Part shown: piece after piece, positions 12,363 through 25,808 of the stretch
Position numbering within the stretch: the stretch's first letter is position 1
Layout: each line of letters opens with the position of its first letter
NCBI GenBank assembly: GCA_949358305.1
Contig: OX442314.1
Location: forward strand, 23,188,001-23,252,000
Source of the DNA: Strigamia acuminata
Taxonomy: Eukaryota
DNA: 64,000 nt
Reading direction: 5' to 3'
The notes under the pieces: model-generated
The model's input: only the letters and a program-made list of their open reading frames with translations
The model's database searches: none
Told to the model about the DNA's origin: nothing
Made by a program: the position numbers and the translations under genes

Positions 12363-15300
12363 TTACGCATTTTCGTCAAATGTATCGTCGTCGTCGTCGT
12401 CGTCTAAAGAGAACTCTATTCCCTTATCTATCACTTGATTATCCGCAGTCTGACCACATTTTTCACTTTCTTCCGACTCCGCGACCAAAGCTAATTCACC
12501 CTGTTCCGTAACCATAGCGACCCTCGTAGTTCCATCTTCATTGGTATAAATAGTCAATTGTCCACTGGAATTCACAACCTGCGAATGAGGGATATGGTGC
12601 AGTTTTCCGTCAGTCAACACAATCTGACCACTCGCCGCCAGTTCACTTAGAGTGGCCACGGAACCGTCGGGCAACGCTACAGTCGTGTCGGAAACGTCCT
12701 CCAGCTGCCCCTCCGAGGCCACGTTGGCCCCGTCGTTTCCTTCCGAAGTTCCGGACACCAAATCGGATTCGTTGAACGCCGGGTCCATGAGGAATAATTC
12801 GCATTGACCGTTGGCTTGATGTTCCTGCAAGACACCGATTAAATTTAATTTTAAAATTTAAAACAAAATCAAAATTCAAACCTTCATAAGTGCATCCGTT
12901 TTAAATGCGTGTCTACAGCGCTCGCAAATGATCGTGTTGCTATCGCTGTGTTTACGTTCGATGTGTTTCCGAATGTCGGTGTAAGTGTAGCCTAAAAAAT
13001 CGCACACACCGCACACGTAGTCGCGCTGTCCTTTATGTCTGAAATTTAAATTTAAAATCAAAACTACAAACAACAAATGTATAAACATCGAACCTTTTAA
13101 CGTGGAGTTCCTTATTCTTGATGTGACGGAACGTTTTGCCACACACTTCGCACGTATGTTTCGGTTCTTCGTGGATCAACATGTGTTTGGTAATATCGGA
13201 TTTCTCGCACCCCCTGTCAACCATCACCGATTTAATCGTTTATACAATTAAACTAATTAATTAATTACCTATATTCGCAGAGTGTGCACTTGTACGGTTT
13301 ATCGGGATCGTGAGTCCGTAAGTGTCTTTTTAAATGAGCTTTCCTAGAGAATGTTTTCGTACAAACTGGGCACTCAAAAAGTACTTCAGGCGGCATATGT
13401 ACCATTTTCATGTGCATTTTTAAGATGTAGTGGTCTTTATAAGACTTTCCGCACACCTCGCACGAGCAGCCCGTGTCGCTGTGCCGATACATGTGTCGTT
13501 TTATCATATACGCGTGTTCCGCCGTGTGGTTGCATACGTCACAAATGCATTTCGGATGACTTTCCTACGAAAGAATAAAACAAACGGAAATCAGCGCGAA
13601 AAGAACTCAACTTTTAATTGAAAAATAAATTATTTGGACATACTTTATAATGAGCATATAATTCGTCCTCTTGTAACGCTAAATACGAACAACACTTGCA
13701 ACGATAAACATCGTCGGGATGACTCGACAGATGTTCTTGGTATTGTTGCGGGTAATAAGCCTGAAAGTCGCACTTCGGACACCGCAATTTTTCCAAGTCA
13801 TTTTCAGATGCTTTTAAACCTTTCAATTAAATTTTTACAATTTAATTATAAATAATTTTTTTTTTATTATTTTAAAGTTGTCAACTGCCTTCACCTATTT
13901 TTATTGGCGTTTCCGGTTTATTTAGAAGCAACGGTACCACGCTGTCCGGCAACGGGATAACGGACGTTCCGGTCCCCGCACATTCCTTTACTTCTTCCGC
14001 ATCCTCGACCATTTTCTCATTCGTCGCATCGGTCAAACTAACATCGGTCGACGTAGTCACTTTTTCACTCGTTTCCGACACGTCCAACTGAACGCTCATT
14101 TCGTCCTCCTGATTTATATTATCGTCTAATTCCGTATCTTTAACCATTTCCGCCTGATTTTCCTCCTCTTTGCAGTTCGCGGGCGAAAGATTCGTCGACA
14201 CTGGACGCGGAGCAATTGCTACCGGAATTTTATTCTGTTGCGTCGGGAATATCGTTTGGTTTGGCGGCAAATTCAACGACTCCGCGATGTTTTGCGCGAC
14301 ACTTTGCACCGTAACGCCGGGCGGTAAATTGGCCGTGGGTACTTGAATCATCACGGTTTGTCCTTCCGGAAAATGAATAAGAAAAGATTGAGTTTGTGAC
14401 GTTTCGGGCTTGCTGCCGTAACGACGTGGTCGTCCCCGACCTCGTTTAGCTAAAAAAAAAAAAAAGAAATGAATTAAATAAATAAATAATTTGATTAATT
14501 TAAATTCATTATTTTGACTCAACCTGGTTGTAATAAACTGACGAACGGTCGGTTGGCCTGAACGGGTGATCCGCCGCGTTTTGGACGCCCACCACGTCCA
14601 CGTCCGAGTCGCTTCTTCAAAGGCGGTTCATCATCATCCTCGTCGCCGTCATCCTCATCATCCTCGCTCGTTCCTTCCAATTTCAAAACGCCAGTTTCAT
14701 AGTCTTAAAAAATTAATACAAATAAATTTAATTCTTTTTTTTTCTTGTTATTATTATTAGTATTAAAAAACCGTTTAATTGACGCGTCATTTTCCGTCTC
14801 CTGGTGCTCCTTTTAACTATTTCTCCAGCTGTAATGAAATAAAATCTTTCAAGTTAAAGTTTTTAACATAAAAAAAAATCGTTACCTTCGTTCGATCTTT
14901 CTATTAACCCCTTTTCGTAATCATCCAACGCATCATTTTCCTCATCCATCGCTCCAGCGTCCTGAGATTGAGAATCGTCGTCACCCCCAACACCGCTGTT
15001 GTCATCCGGTTTAATTTTCCTGTAAAATAAATTTAAAAACAATAAAAACAACCCCAAATTTATTCCTTTTATTGCATTACCGTGGCCTGCCCCTCTTTTT
15101 CCTCGGTTTTTCAGGCTCCTTGATCGGATATGCAAACAACTGTCCAGTTTCAGTGTTTTGTTGCAGAACGCACTTCTGCCCGTTGACCACAATCAACGAA
15201 TTATGACACAATTGAATTGGATTAGAAACATCAATAACAACAGTGTTTTCTTCTTCGTTCGTGTTATTATCGGCCGAATAACTCTTCTCTTCAGCCCCAG

Positions 15301-15754
15301 TCTCCTCGTCTTCTTCGGCATCCAACAACAAACTTTCCTCCTCATTAACTAATAATTTACTCGGCGATTCCTTCTTCGGCGACATCAAAACTATATCGTT
15401 CTCCTCGCTCGTCGGTAAATCGTTAATTTCACTCTGCGTAAGCACACGTTCGATGTTGTAAGCAACGGATCCGTCAGATAAGCAGACGTGGTCACTTAGT
15501 GATAAATTATTGTCTTCTAAAGCACTTCCTTCGACTACAGTTTGGTTGTTTTGGTTGTTTTGGTTGGTGAATTCGGCCAAACACTGCACTAATTCGTTCG
15601 ATGAGATGCCCATTAATGCCGGCAACGAATTGGTGGTGACGTTTTTAGTCTGAGTTGTTGTTGCTGTCATTTCACTGTTTAAAATTATAGTTGTCGTATT
15701 GTTGTCCATACCAGTCACGGTTAACGTTACTTGGTCGTTACAATCTTCCATCAT
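12363..15754 (-). CDS. C2H2 zinc-finger protein with AT-hook-like GRP motifs and acidic termini (ZFAT-like architecture)
   Basis: RKKRGRPR, GRGGRPKR and KRGRGRPRR motifs; about ten C2H2 fingers in exons 13819-12822 (e.g. CPVCTKTFSRKAHLKRHLRTH). YY1-like AAAATGGCGG near 16169 marks a likely promoter. Confidence 0.85.
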
Positions 15755-17489
15755 TGATTTGTTTTCTCAGTTTTAATCATCTGAAATCGGTCATGGTGAG
15801 TTTTAACCTAATAAAAAATTGAAAGAAAAAATTATTAATAAATTAATTTTTTTAACTAAAATTTATAATTTATGATGAGTAAATTAAACTTCTTTTCAAG
15901 GACCTTTCGTTGCGTTTTGTTTTCTTTCAATTTAATTTTTTTCTTTGATTTAATTCCGTGTTTTTCTTTTCGTGTTTGTGAAGACAATGAATTATACGGC
16001 AGTTTTTTTGTCGCAAACAGTTTGATTGAGAACATTGTATCGTTTTAAAGTGAAAGGACACAACGTTTCATCAAATGTGATTGTGAATGAATGGTTTGGT
16101 TTAATGTTTTAATTCTGCATTTTGTTAGTCAATTCAACTCGATCCGACTAACTACACTTTGTTTCACAAAATGGCGGATAATAGCTCCGCGCGGGTTTGT
16201 ATTTTGGTTTGGTAGAGGTCAATTTGCAGTTAAATTTCAGTGGTCTTAAAGGTTGTGCGAAGTCAATATTAATTATCATAACGAAAGATCATGGCATGAA
16301 ATTTGTATTGATGCTTGCATCCTACTTACCAGTGGCACATACAAATATTTAGCCTATTTTTCACTGTTTCTTCGGGATTTTGCTTAACTGCCCGTTTTAC
16401 CCACAATTCCCTTAGCCAAGAAATGACACCTCGTGTCAAAATGCTGAAAGTGAGAAAAACAGCGGAAAGTTTAACTTGTTTTCTGTCACAAATATTTACC
16501 ACACGTAAAAAAACATTCAACTTTTCTCTTTTTTTTCTTCCTGAATGTACAATTTACATTTTAAAATTGTAATTAAGTTTGATAAATAAGTGTTATCACT
16601 TCTGTGTATCTTGAGTTTCACTTTATTGAAAAAATAAATAGATAAAACAAATTTCGCTGCAAATATGAATCAAGAAATCCATAGTTTCTGTATTAAAACT
16701 AAATGTATCACTTTTAAATTGTTGTTCAAACAATTTAATAACAGCTGCTTTGATTTACGAACAAGTTTCAATTTGTACTTTGGTATTTATTGCTAATAAT
16801 TATAATAATTAAATTCTAAACGTTTTCCTGTTTATTAAGATCATCCTATTGTCTATCTGGCTATTATGCTTTGAGAATTTTCCTCGTATCTTGGAATTTA
16901 TTTCTTGATTTATTTACTTCTGTAAATTACTTAACCGCTTCTGACACCTAGTGTCAAATTGCTCCAACTTGTTTCAATTAAATTTATTTTCCAGAGACCA
17001 TCTCGGAGATGGTCTTTTTTCTATATTTTAATTTTTATATTCCATAAATTTTAATTCATAATCTGCGCACAAGAATTTTTTATTTTCGATTATTTTTTTT
17101 CAAGATTTTTATACTTTTTTCTCTCCTTAGGTTTCAAATTAAACAAATAAAATTTTTGCAACTCGATTCCCGTTGAAAACCTAACATTTCGACATTAAAA
17201 CTTCAAAATAACATTTACCCTACATCTTAATGTCTAGAATTTCGTATTGTCTAAACGCTATTGACATTTACGTCATTTACCACTCGCATTCCTACTTTCA
17301 TTAAACACAGCACTTGACAACAAAACAGGAATGTTGTTATATTACTTTTTCCTGTTTGTGTTTTCGCAATCGGTTGCCACACCAACAGCCAGGACGCCTG
17401 TTGTTCGTTGCCATGACGATGGGATGCTGCTTGCCTTCACATCCTCATGCTATGACTTATATGAGTACTTACAACTCATCACATGAACG

Positions 17490-19042
17490 ATGCAGACTCT
17501 CTGTAAACTTAATCCGTGTTCTAAACCCAAACCGTTACGCGTTATGGTTCTAGGATTCACTGGTGTTGGAAAAACAGGTAAAAACAACTCAAATTATAAA
17601 TTATTATTATTATTATTTATTTTATTTATTTTTAATTAGCACTCGTCGTGAGATTTGTAACTCGTCGTTTCATTGGAGACTATGATCAAAATTTAGGTAA
17701 TGTTTTTTTATTCAAAAAAAAAAAAATTTAAATCAGATAATATATAATTTTTTTGTTAAATAGATCGTGTTTACAGTCATCAAGCGACAGTCAATACCGA
17801 ATTAGTTGCGTTTGAGATATTGGATAGCGCTGGTGGGCAATGCCAGGTAACAGGAAAATAACATAATTAATTCATTAATCAATTATGTATTTTTTCAATC
17901 AATTCTTATCAATTAATAATATCACAACAGCAAAATATGATTTCAAAAAGAGAAATGTTGTTTTTTTTGCTTTTATTCACAAGTAGAGAAAAAAAATTTA
18001 AAACTACAAAAATATAAAAGAATAAAACTATTTTTAAAATATTATTATTACCTTTTCAAACCCAAGAAATACGAGATTTCTATAGAAAATAAAGTGCACT
18101 TCGAGAGCAAAAGATAAACAACATTGAGCAATGCCAAGATTTCCAGGAATGTTTTTACAGAAATACAAACGTGTTGACATAAAAAGTGCAAAGAAAGTTA
18201 TTTCAGTAACAAATTAACCCCTAAAATCCCAAATAATAATTTAATAACAACTATATTATTAAAAAAAAAAATTTAAAAAATTTAAAAAATTTAAAAAAAA
18301 AACAATTAAATTTCAATTAAATTAAATTTCTTTATCTAAATAGGGCGAAGAGGAACGTGTTCAGATCGAAACAAACATTCGCTGGGCCGAAGCCTTTATC
18401 CTGATGTATTCAGTGAGCGACAAATGCAGTTTTGATGAATGCAACCGGTTGCGTTTTCTCATCAGTTACAACAAACAACGCAGGCGTGGCTTGGCATCTG
18501 GAATTCTCCCGGGTCCCGAAGCTCCGGTTCTGTTGGTTGGCAACAAAACCGACCAGGTGGGCGAGAGAATGGTGTCACTAGCGGACGGTCAACGCAGAGC
18601 ACGCGATATAGGTTGTGTTGCATTCAAGGAAATATCAGTGAGGGAGAACTTCGAGCACGCGTCACTCGTCTTCCAAGATGTTTATCGCACGTGGAACACA
18701 AGTTGTAAAGCGCCCAGACTCAAGAGGTCGACCAGTGACCTCCATCACGGAGGACCGATCAATCTGGAGACGATCAATGCCATATGTCGAGGCATTTCGA
18801 CGCGCAGCACGGGGGGAGTAGTGCCATTAGTACCAGGTGTTGCAACATTACCCACCTGGCCCGAAAGATCAGCATCCGCTGAATGGACCGACGATTCGGC
18901 GTTTAGGCAGCGCGCATCCACTGATGGACAGTTACAAACAAAGAAAAACAAATTGAGCTACCAGAAAGTCAAATCGAGCTTGTACGCTTCGCCGTTGATT
19001 ATGAGACGGATGAGCATTAGTATGAGGGGAAGTAATGCTTGA
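17490..19042 (+). CDS. RERG/RASL-like Ras-family small GTPase
   Basis: MQTLCKLNPCSKPKPLRVMVLGFTGVGKT (P-loop), LVVRFVTRRFIGDYD, EILDSAG, IRWAEAFILMYSV, LVGNKTD, EISV; four coding exons. Confidence 0.88.
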
Positions 19043-19567
19043 ATATCACACATTTGCTGCTTTGACGCTATTTTTTGGATTTTATTTTGTGATAATTGTG
19101 TTTTTAGTACAATTTGTAATTTATTTTATGTCAATAAATGGTGTGGATAGATTACGTAACGATTTTTTTTTTATTTTCTTATTTAATTCAGTGTAACTTG
19201 AAACGGGAAGTTAAATACGAATAAATTATAATTAAAATAAAGCAGTTAATTAATTAAGTTCAATGAAGGAAAGTCTAAACCGGAAGCCAGCTGTGAGAAT
19301 TTCTGGGATAAATAATTGGAAATTAATGGAGCAAAGCGGAAATAAAACCGAGGTAACTTCACGGCGCCATCAATACACAATAAACAAGTTTTTCCGTGTA
19401 TTTCGTTGATGTTTGCAATTTGCAAATCAAATAAGAAATAGCTTTACGATTTTAGAAAAATAATTACATTTTTATGCTTTATTTTGTACAAAAATATATT
19501 ACAAAGAAATAGAGCACGCACACACACATGAAAGACTGAGATTGGAGGAAAATACTCGGAATTTTGA

Positions 19568-20655
19568 TCACAAAGACAGCCAAGGTCGCTTGGCCTTAAT
19601 AAGTACGCCCAAAGCGCGTGTCACGTTAGTGAGGCTTAACTTGCGCCTTCTAAGAGCACGCGCCTCACTACACGCACGCGCCACTCGAACCGCGTGTTGG
19701 AACGTCGATTGAACCGACGTCGAGTCCTCAGCCGCAGCCGAAGAAACTTCGAAAAAGCCGCATCCGTGTCGCAACGCGAGAGTTTTGGCTGAATCGGTGC
19801 TCACTTGCCGTGCATGCTCCAAATCGCGCTGGGTGCCCACGAGAGTGGCAGCTGGGTACGACCCACTGCGACTACGCAGATGTTCCAACAAATATTTGGC
19901 CACCTGGAAACTTTGTTTGTCGCACACGTTGTAGACGACCAGCAAAGAATCCGCCCAACGCACATGCTCAGCAGGGAACCCGTCGTCTATCTGCGTTAAA
20001 AGTAACACGTCACGTCATAAAACATCGTCACATGACATCCCAAACATCAATAAACAACAGAAAAGACATAATAAAATCAAAATATAACATTTAATTAACT
20101 TTTTAACGTTATTTTTTTAACTTTTCGCGTTTTTAACGTTATTTTCTAACTTTTTCGCTTTTCTAACGTTATATTTTAGCCTTTTCGTTTTTTTAACGTT
20201 ATATTTTAGTCTTTTCGTTTTTTTAACGTTATATTTTAGTCATTTCGTTTTCTTAACGTTATTTGTAACTTTTTTCAAAGTAAATTACATACCGTCCAGC
20301 GTGATACATCAAGTATTTCAACCTGTGCAGGTACACCATCGACATTAAAGTTGTGTTGATAAAGGAGATCTAAACGATAGCATGTGACAAGGAGGTCAGA
20401 TGGGTGCATCAACCCCTTGATGCCAACAAAAACAAAACAAGTTCCCTTACCAATGCTCGATCGGTATTCTCCAATATAACGTTTCGTTAAGTGCCGAACT
20501 GTCAACGCTAATTTTGCAAAAAAAAAGCACAAACAAGCAGTTTTAGAGCGATTGCATCTATTTTTAAAACCATGTGGCATTTTGTTTTTACCTGATTTGC
20601 CCGCATGTCTGGCGCCAACCACGGCGACCTTGAGTGGGAGCGGATGCGTGTTCAT
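19568..20655 (-). CDS. Second RERG/RERGL/RASL11-12-like small GTPase with degenerate G3/G4
   Basis: MNTHPLPLKVAVVGARHAGKS, LTVRHLTKRYIGEY, EILDVSR, VRWADSLLVVY, LVGTQRDL, FFEVSSA; exons ~20655-20592, 20508-20451, 20369-20293, 19990-19568. Confidence 0.85.
20100..20275. repeat. Intronic ~30 bp minisatellite (TTAACGTTATATTTTAG..TTTTCGTTT)
   Basis: About six tandem copies. Confidence 0.85.
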
Positions 20656-21596
20656 TGTGGTTCCTCCTGCGAGTGCTGGTTCCTTCAAATGCCACGCTCT
20701 CGTTTCCCCTCCAACCCTGAGGACATAGGAACGCGCCACACTGTTCGGGGTCACGGGTAGGGAGGAGGAGAGAAAGAGATGCCAAGGAAGTTGTTGGACA
20801 GCCGCACCTGGCGCCGGTCGGCGAGTTCTTTCTCCATAACGGTGATGACAGATTATAATCATTTGCTAGTTGGCTGTCACGCTCCCACTTGTTTTTCCCA
20901 TCGCAATTTATTCTCTTTATAATAATTAACGTTTTTATTTTGCAGTTTGCAAACGCTATCAGCGTGTTTACCATTGTTTGTACTGTTATGCGGCTACCGG
21001 TTGCCCGGCTCCGTTCATCCGGGATGCTGCAGTCGATTAGTTTGCGATTTGATTTAAATTAAATTAAATAAGAGGACATTGGCATTTGCTTTTTTTTTTT
21101 TTTTTAGTGCAAAACATTGATGCACAGCTGATTTGGTCATGACAGGTAAAAGAAATACACTCTATTTACTCGTGTCCCCTTTTCGGCTCCCCTACTGTAT
21201 CCTGCTGGGTGAACCCAGCATCCAACCATCCAGTTCTTTGTAATTAGTCCAAAACATCAAAGTAAAGTGAAGGGTGAGGTCACTGCAATGCCCATTGAGG
21301 TCCCACATGCAAAACGCGATTTACGAGTGCAAAATTTTGTTCGTTTCTTTCATTTTATAAGGAATAAAATTTATTGCATGTTAAACAAAATTATAAAATA
21401 TATAATTGATTTAATTTTAGCTTATCACTGTAATTAAAGATCAAGCAAAAAAAAAAGACTCTTGAGCAATAACTATGCAGCTTTAATTAGAAATTAAAAA
21501 TTAAAAATATATAATATCACTTTGATGATAAAAATTGTAAAATTTTCTGAAATTTTTGCTTGACCTTCACTGTTGATGTTTAGTTTGGGCCTGGAA

Positions 21597-24500
21597 TCAA
21601 AGACAAGCTGGTTTGTTGCACCGTTTACGTTGAATTCTTTTACGAGGACAGGGTTTGCCGCCATTTTGGGGTTCCACTTTGATCATTCTGCGTTTCTCCA
21701 TCCTTCCACGCCCGCACGTGACGCTGCAGGGCGACCACGCCGTCCATTCGGATAACATACAGTTTATAGGACGAGCCACTGGTGCTGGTGGCAGCTGCGG
21801 TGGTTTTTGTACTTCCGGTAATCGTCTATCGTCAACTACAGAATTGCCTTCATCTTTAAAAACAAATTATCAATTAATTTAAAATTAATTTGAAACGAAA
21901 TTAGTTTAACGTGTATACCATGAGTTGGCAAATTAGGACCGCGAAGAAAAGCGCACATTTCATTGCATTCTTCGTAACGTTCAAAGTTGTTTTTATTTCC
22001 ACGACAACCACCGTAGATAAACTGAAGACACATAGCTTTGCCTAGATCAAAATACCACCGTGGAAAATAACCTCGACAAGGTCCGACGTACGAGTCTTGC
22101 ATACAAATTTCTATTTTAACGAAAAATAATTAAAATTTAAAAAAATCTCTTCTAAATTTTCGAATTTTTCACCTTTTGCTTCGGCCATTGATACACTGCA
22201 GTCGAGTTTATCACCCATGCAAACATCTTCGTCCATCAAGGAGATATCGCACATTTTATCAGCGCCCTGCTTCAGATACTCTCTGACGCGGAACCGGGTT
22301 CCTTTCCCGCAAGTTACTGTGCAAGGTGACCAATCGGACCAAGCTGTTACCGCACATATCCCGTCATCCTAAATTAGTTATTTATTTACAAATTAGAATT
22401 TATTTCCCACACTTTTAGTCTGTTTTTGTGTTTTTACTTGAAAACCGTTTTCGCATTCAATCGGCGACATACAGAAACTCGTTTCACGAGTATTCAGCGT
22501 ACACATTTTTTGTACTGATGGATCTAAATATCTTCTGGTTCGATAGCGGGTTCCTTTACCACAAGTGACGCTGCATTCCGACCAAGGGGACCACGGCGTG
22601 GTAGCGCATCTTTGAGGCACTAAGGCGAAGCCAACTTCAGGGCTTTGGAAAAATAAAATAATTCGTTTGTTTTTACTTTTTCGAGACAATTTTATTTTTA
22701 AAAAGAATTTTTAGATTTATAAAACAAATACCTGTCTTCGTCCGATCCGTCAGGACAAACTGGAATCTGTGCGGCGCACATTTCATTCTGCTCCAATTGC
22801 TCAGCGCAGCCCATCATGTCCGCTTTCATGGGCATCAAGTACGTTCGGCGACGTGTTCGGAGACCTTTGGCACATGTCACACTGCAAGGCGTGAAGGTAC
22901 CCCATTCAGAAACAGCACATTCAGCTAAAAAAAAATTAAAATTAAAAAAATAAAAAAATAAAAAAATGACAAAAACTAATTTTTTTGTGTATAACTGCAA
23001 TAAAATGATAATTTTATCATCAATTTTTTTAAAAATGTTATCAGGATACTTAAAATGTCCAATCTTATAAAATCTGTATCATTTTACTTGATTTCAACAT
23101 GTATACAGTTTGCTCTGGTTCTGAGCTCGGGGAGAATAATTTAACAACAAAAATGATGTTATCTCGTCAACATAAACTGCACTTTGACTGGTTAAAACTA
23201 ATTCTAAAAAAAAATACGAAACAAAATTACGTCTTGAATCTTCGCTGGTCTCGATATTATCGGTGCCATCAACGACAGGAAAAAAATCCTGATCCGAACA
23301 AGCTTTCTCGTATAAACGTTGCCTCGTGACTATAAGTTGTGCAACAGGTTTCATCGGTGTTTTGCCGGTGGGATCATAAAATGGCGCTTCCGGATTATTT
23401 GGATAACTCGACGTAATTTGCCGAATTTTCTCCCTCGGATGAGTAGGCGTATTAGGCGACTAACAATTCCAACAAAAAAAATCAATCCGAATAAATTGAT
23501 GACAAATTAAATATAAATTCTTAAAATAAAATACCTCGTACGAGACTCCACTATCGGTGCCCGCATCCCACGGGTAAAGATTCAACACTTTATGCGTAGC
23601 CCACGAACAATTTCGAAGACATAATTCTAATTTGCTCACCCCGACGACCCAGTCTGGCGATGGGCCTAACATACTAACTAAAGACATCAAATGGTGGCGT
23701 CGGTCGACTCGAAAAACGGCAAATGTTTTGCCATTTACATTCGGATACCACAAACCACGCGCTTTAATTATAGTCCGAATATGAGATGACTGTATAAAAA
23801 TTATATAAAGTTACAAAACTTCAATGTAAATTATTCATTTTTATATACCTGTCCTTTCAATTCAGTTTCCATATTTCTCGTTGCGCCCCATTCGGCCACA
23901 TATTGCAATCCTTCTGAAGCAACGCCGCCGTATTCCCACATGGTGTAATCTGGACTGTGCGATGCGCCAATAATATCAGAGAAATGAGTCAACCACTCAT
24001 CTAAAGAAAAGAAAAGAAATTAAAATTGTAAAGATGTTAATAAAGTTGTGTTTTACTGGTTGGAAAATCTTTGGGATGCGTGTGTCGGGTCCATAAACCT
24101 TCAAAAACGACTTCGTATTTCGCTTCATCACACGCGCAGCATTCTTCCAACACTTCCGGTTGCTGATCCAAATTTTCTTGCTCTGTAAAAGCAAAATCAA
24201 AAATTAGAATTTAAAAAAATAATTAAAATAAATAAATAATTAAATAAAAACCTTCCTCGCAGAACTGTTTCGTCAGTCCGCCTTCGTCCATATACCAAAC
24301 ATCCTTTTGCTCCACAAGTAAAGCTCTTTATTCAAATTAAAAATTAAAAAATTAAAAATAAACAAAAATCCCATTAACCCCCCCCCCCCCCCCCAACCCC
24401 CCCAACACACAGAAAACCGTGCTTACTTAAACTGCACACAACCAGCACCAGCAGGCGGTGCTATCCACAAAACTTGTATCTCTGACTTGTACACCATAGA

Positions 24501-25007
24501 TGTGTGCACCACAGCATTGGGACAATCCGATGAAAACTTAGTAAAAGTATCACCGAAAAGCTACCAAAACAAATACAAATAACAAAATAAACAAAAATAA
24601 ATTTATTTTCAAAAATTACCTGAAAAGTTCCGACAGTATTTGGTAACATTTCTTTCTCGGTCGTACCCGGTTCAACCACCAACATAAACGCTAAAAACTT
24701 CTGAACACTCACTTGAGTCTTCCACCCCTTCAACATCACTTTAAAAAAAATCCCCAAATTTTAAACCCATACAAGTAAATGAAGCAATAAATTTCCTACC
24801 TGCATATTTCTCGCCAGGTACATACTTCTCCGGATTGCCCGAAATGGCAATATGAAACCCATTATCGCCGGGTGTCCTCAAACTGCTCGTGTCGGCCGGC
24901 AATCTCTCGCATTGTCCCGAGTTCTCACCTGTCCATTGAGCAAATCCCAGCTGACAACCGACGAGATTGAGCACCAACAGCGCGGCGCAAACAGGACCCG
25001 CCTCCAT
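21597..25007 (-). CDS. SPON1: F-spondin (signal peptide, reeler, spondin, TSP1 repeats, Kunitz, TSP1)
   Basis: Signal peptide then TPGDNGFHIAISGNPEKYVPG; CCACDEAKYEVVFEGLW; MLGPSPDWVVGVS..LYPWDAGTDSG; WSPWSECSVTCG repeats; Kunitz GPCRGYFPRWYF..FIYGGCRGNKNNF. Confidence 0.95.
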
Positions 25008-25808
25008 TTGAGTTTTGAGCGCTTAAAAATCCTCTCCTTGTGATTGCGTTGTTAAAAATTGCTTCAACTGCCCCTCGTTGTGACCCTTAACCCCGCAATT
25101 GCGCAAGCATGCGCATCCGCTAGCAGGAAATGATGGAGCACACATTTCAATCAAAATTATTTAATTTTTTTATTTTCTCAGCATTTGAAGTTACAAAGAT
25201 CACAGGTCACCCGCTGGACTTGCGATGTAACAGTAAACTATCAGCAAAGTCGTCGATCCAGGGCCATCAGAACGAGTCACGTGAATTTTTATCATCTTCC
25301 GAGTTTGTATATTTTTTTAAATGTCACTTCTTTTTAAAAATCCTTCCATCTCGTCCTCCCATCATCAACAACCCCTCCCTTCCGATCCGATTTTTTTTCT
25401 GTGGAACCCAACGACCTAAGAAATACTTACGACAGGAGGGAACATCATGTTAAGGGGTTTTATCGGCATTAATCCTCCTTTTTTCGTTATTCTACGACAC
25501 CATTTTGTTTAAACAATTTACCTTCCCTGGAAAGCAAAGCGTCATCAACACGTGAGCTTTCACTCACATTTGACCGAAACGCACTTTCCAGTGGGTAAAG
25601 GGGTGCAAAACGCGCCCGTAGCGATGAAAACTGAAAGTCAAACGAGAAAAAAAAAAACCAATTTTAAACACAAGTCAACGAGAAAGCCATTTGAAACGCC
25701 ACCTGATGCTCAGACAGAACGCGAGATGCCGATTGAATGCAACTGAAAATTGTTAGACGTGAAAATTATTTGCTTTTTTGACTATTTCTCTTTCTATCGT
25801 TCTTCTTC

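Noticed and set aside
16993..17022. Hairpin plus T-run resembling a bacterial terminator
   Set aside because: Eukaryotic context; at most a transposon-end remnant with no other support.
21915..22110. Kunitz domain in F-spondin as a novelty
   Set aside because: Already known for invertebrate F-spondins.
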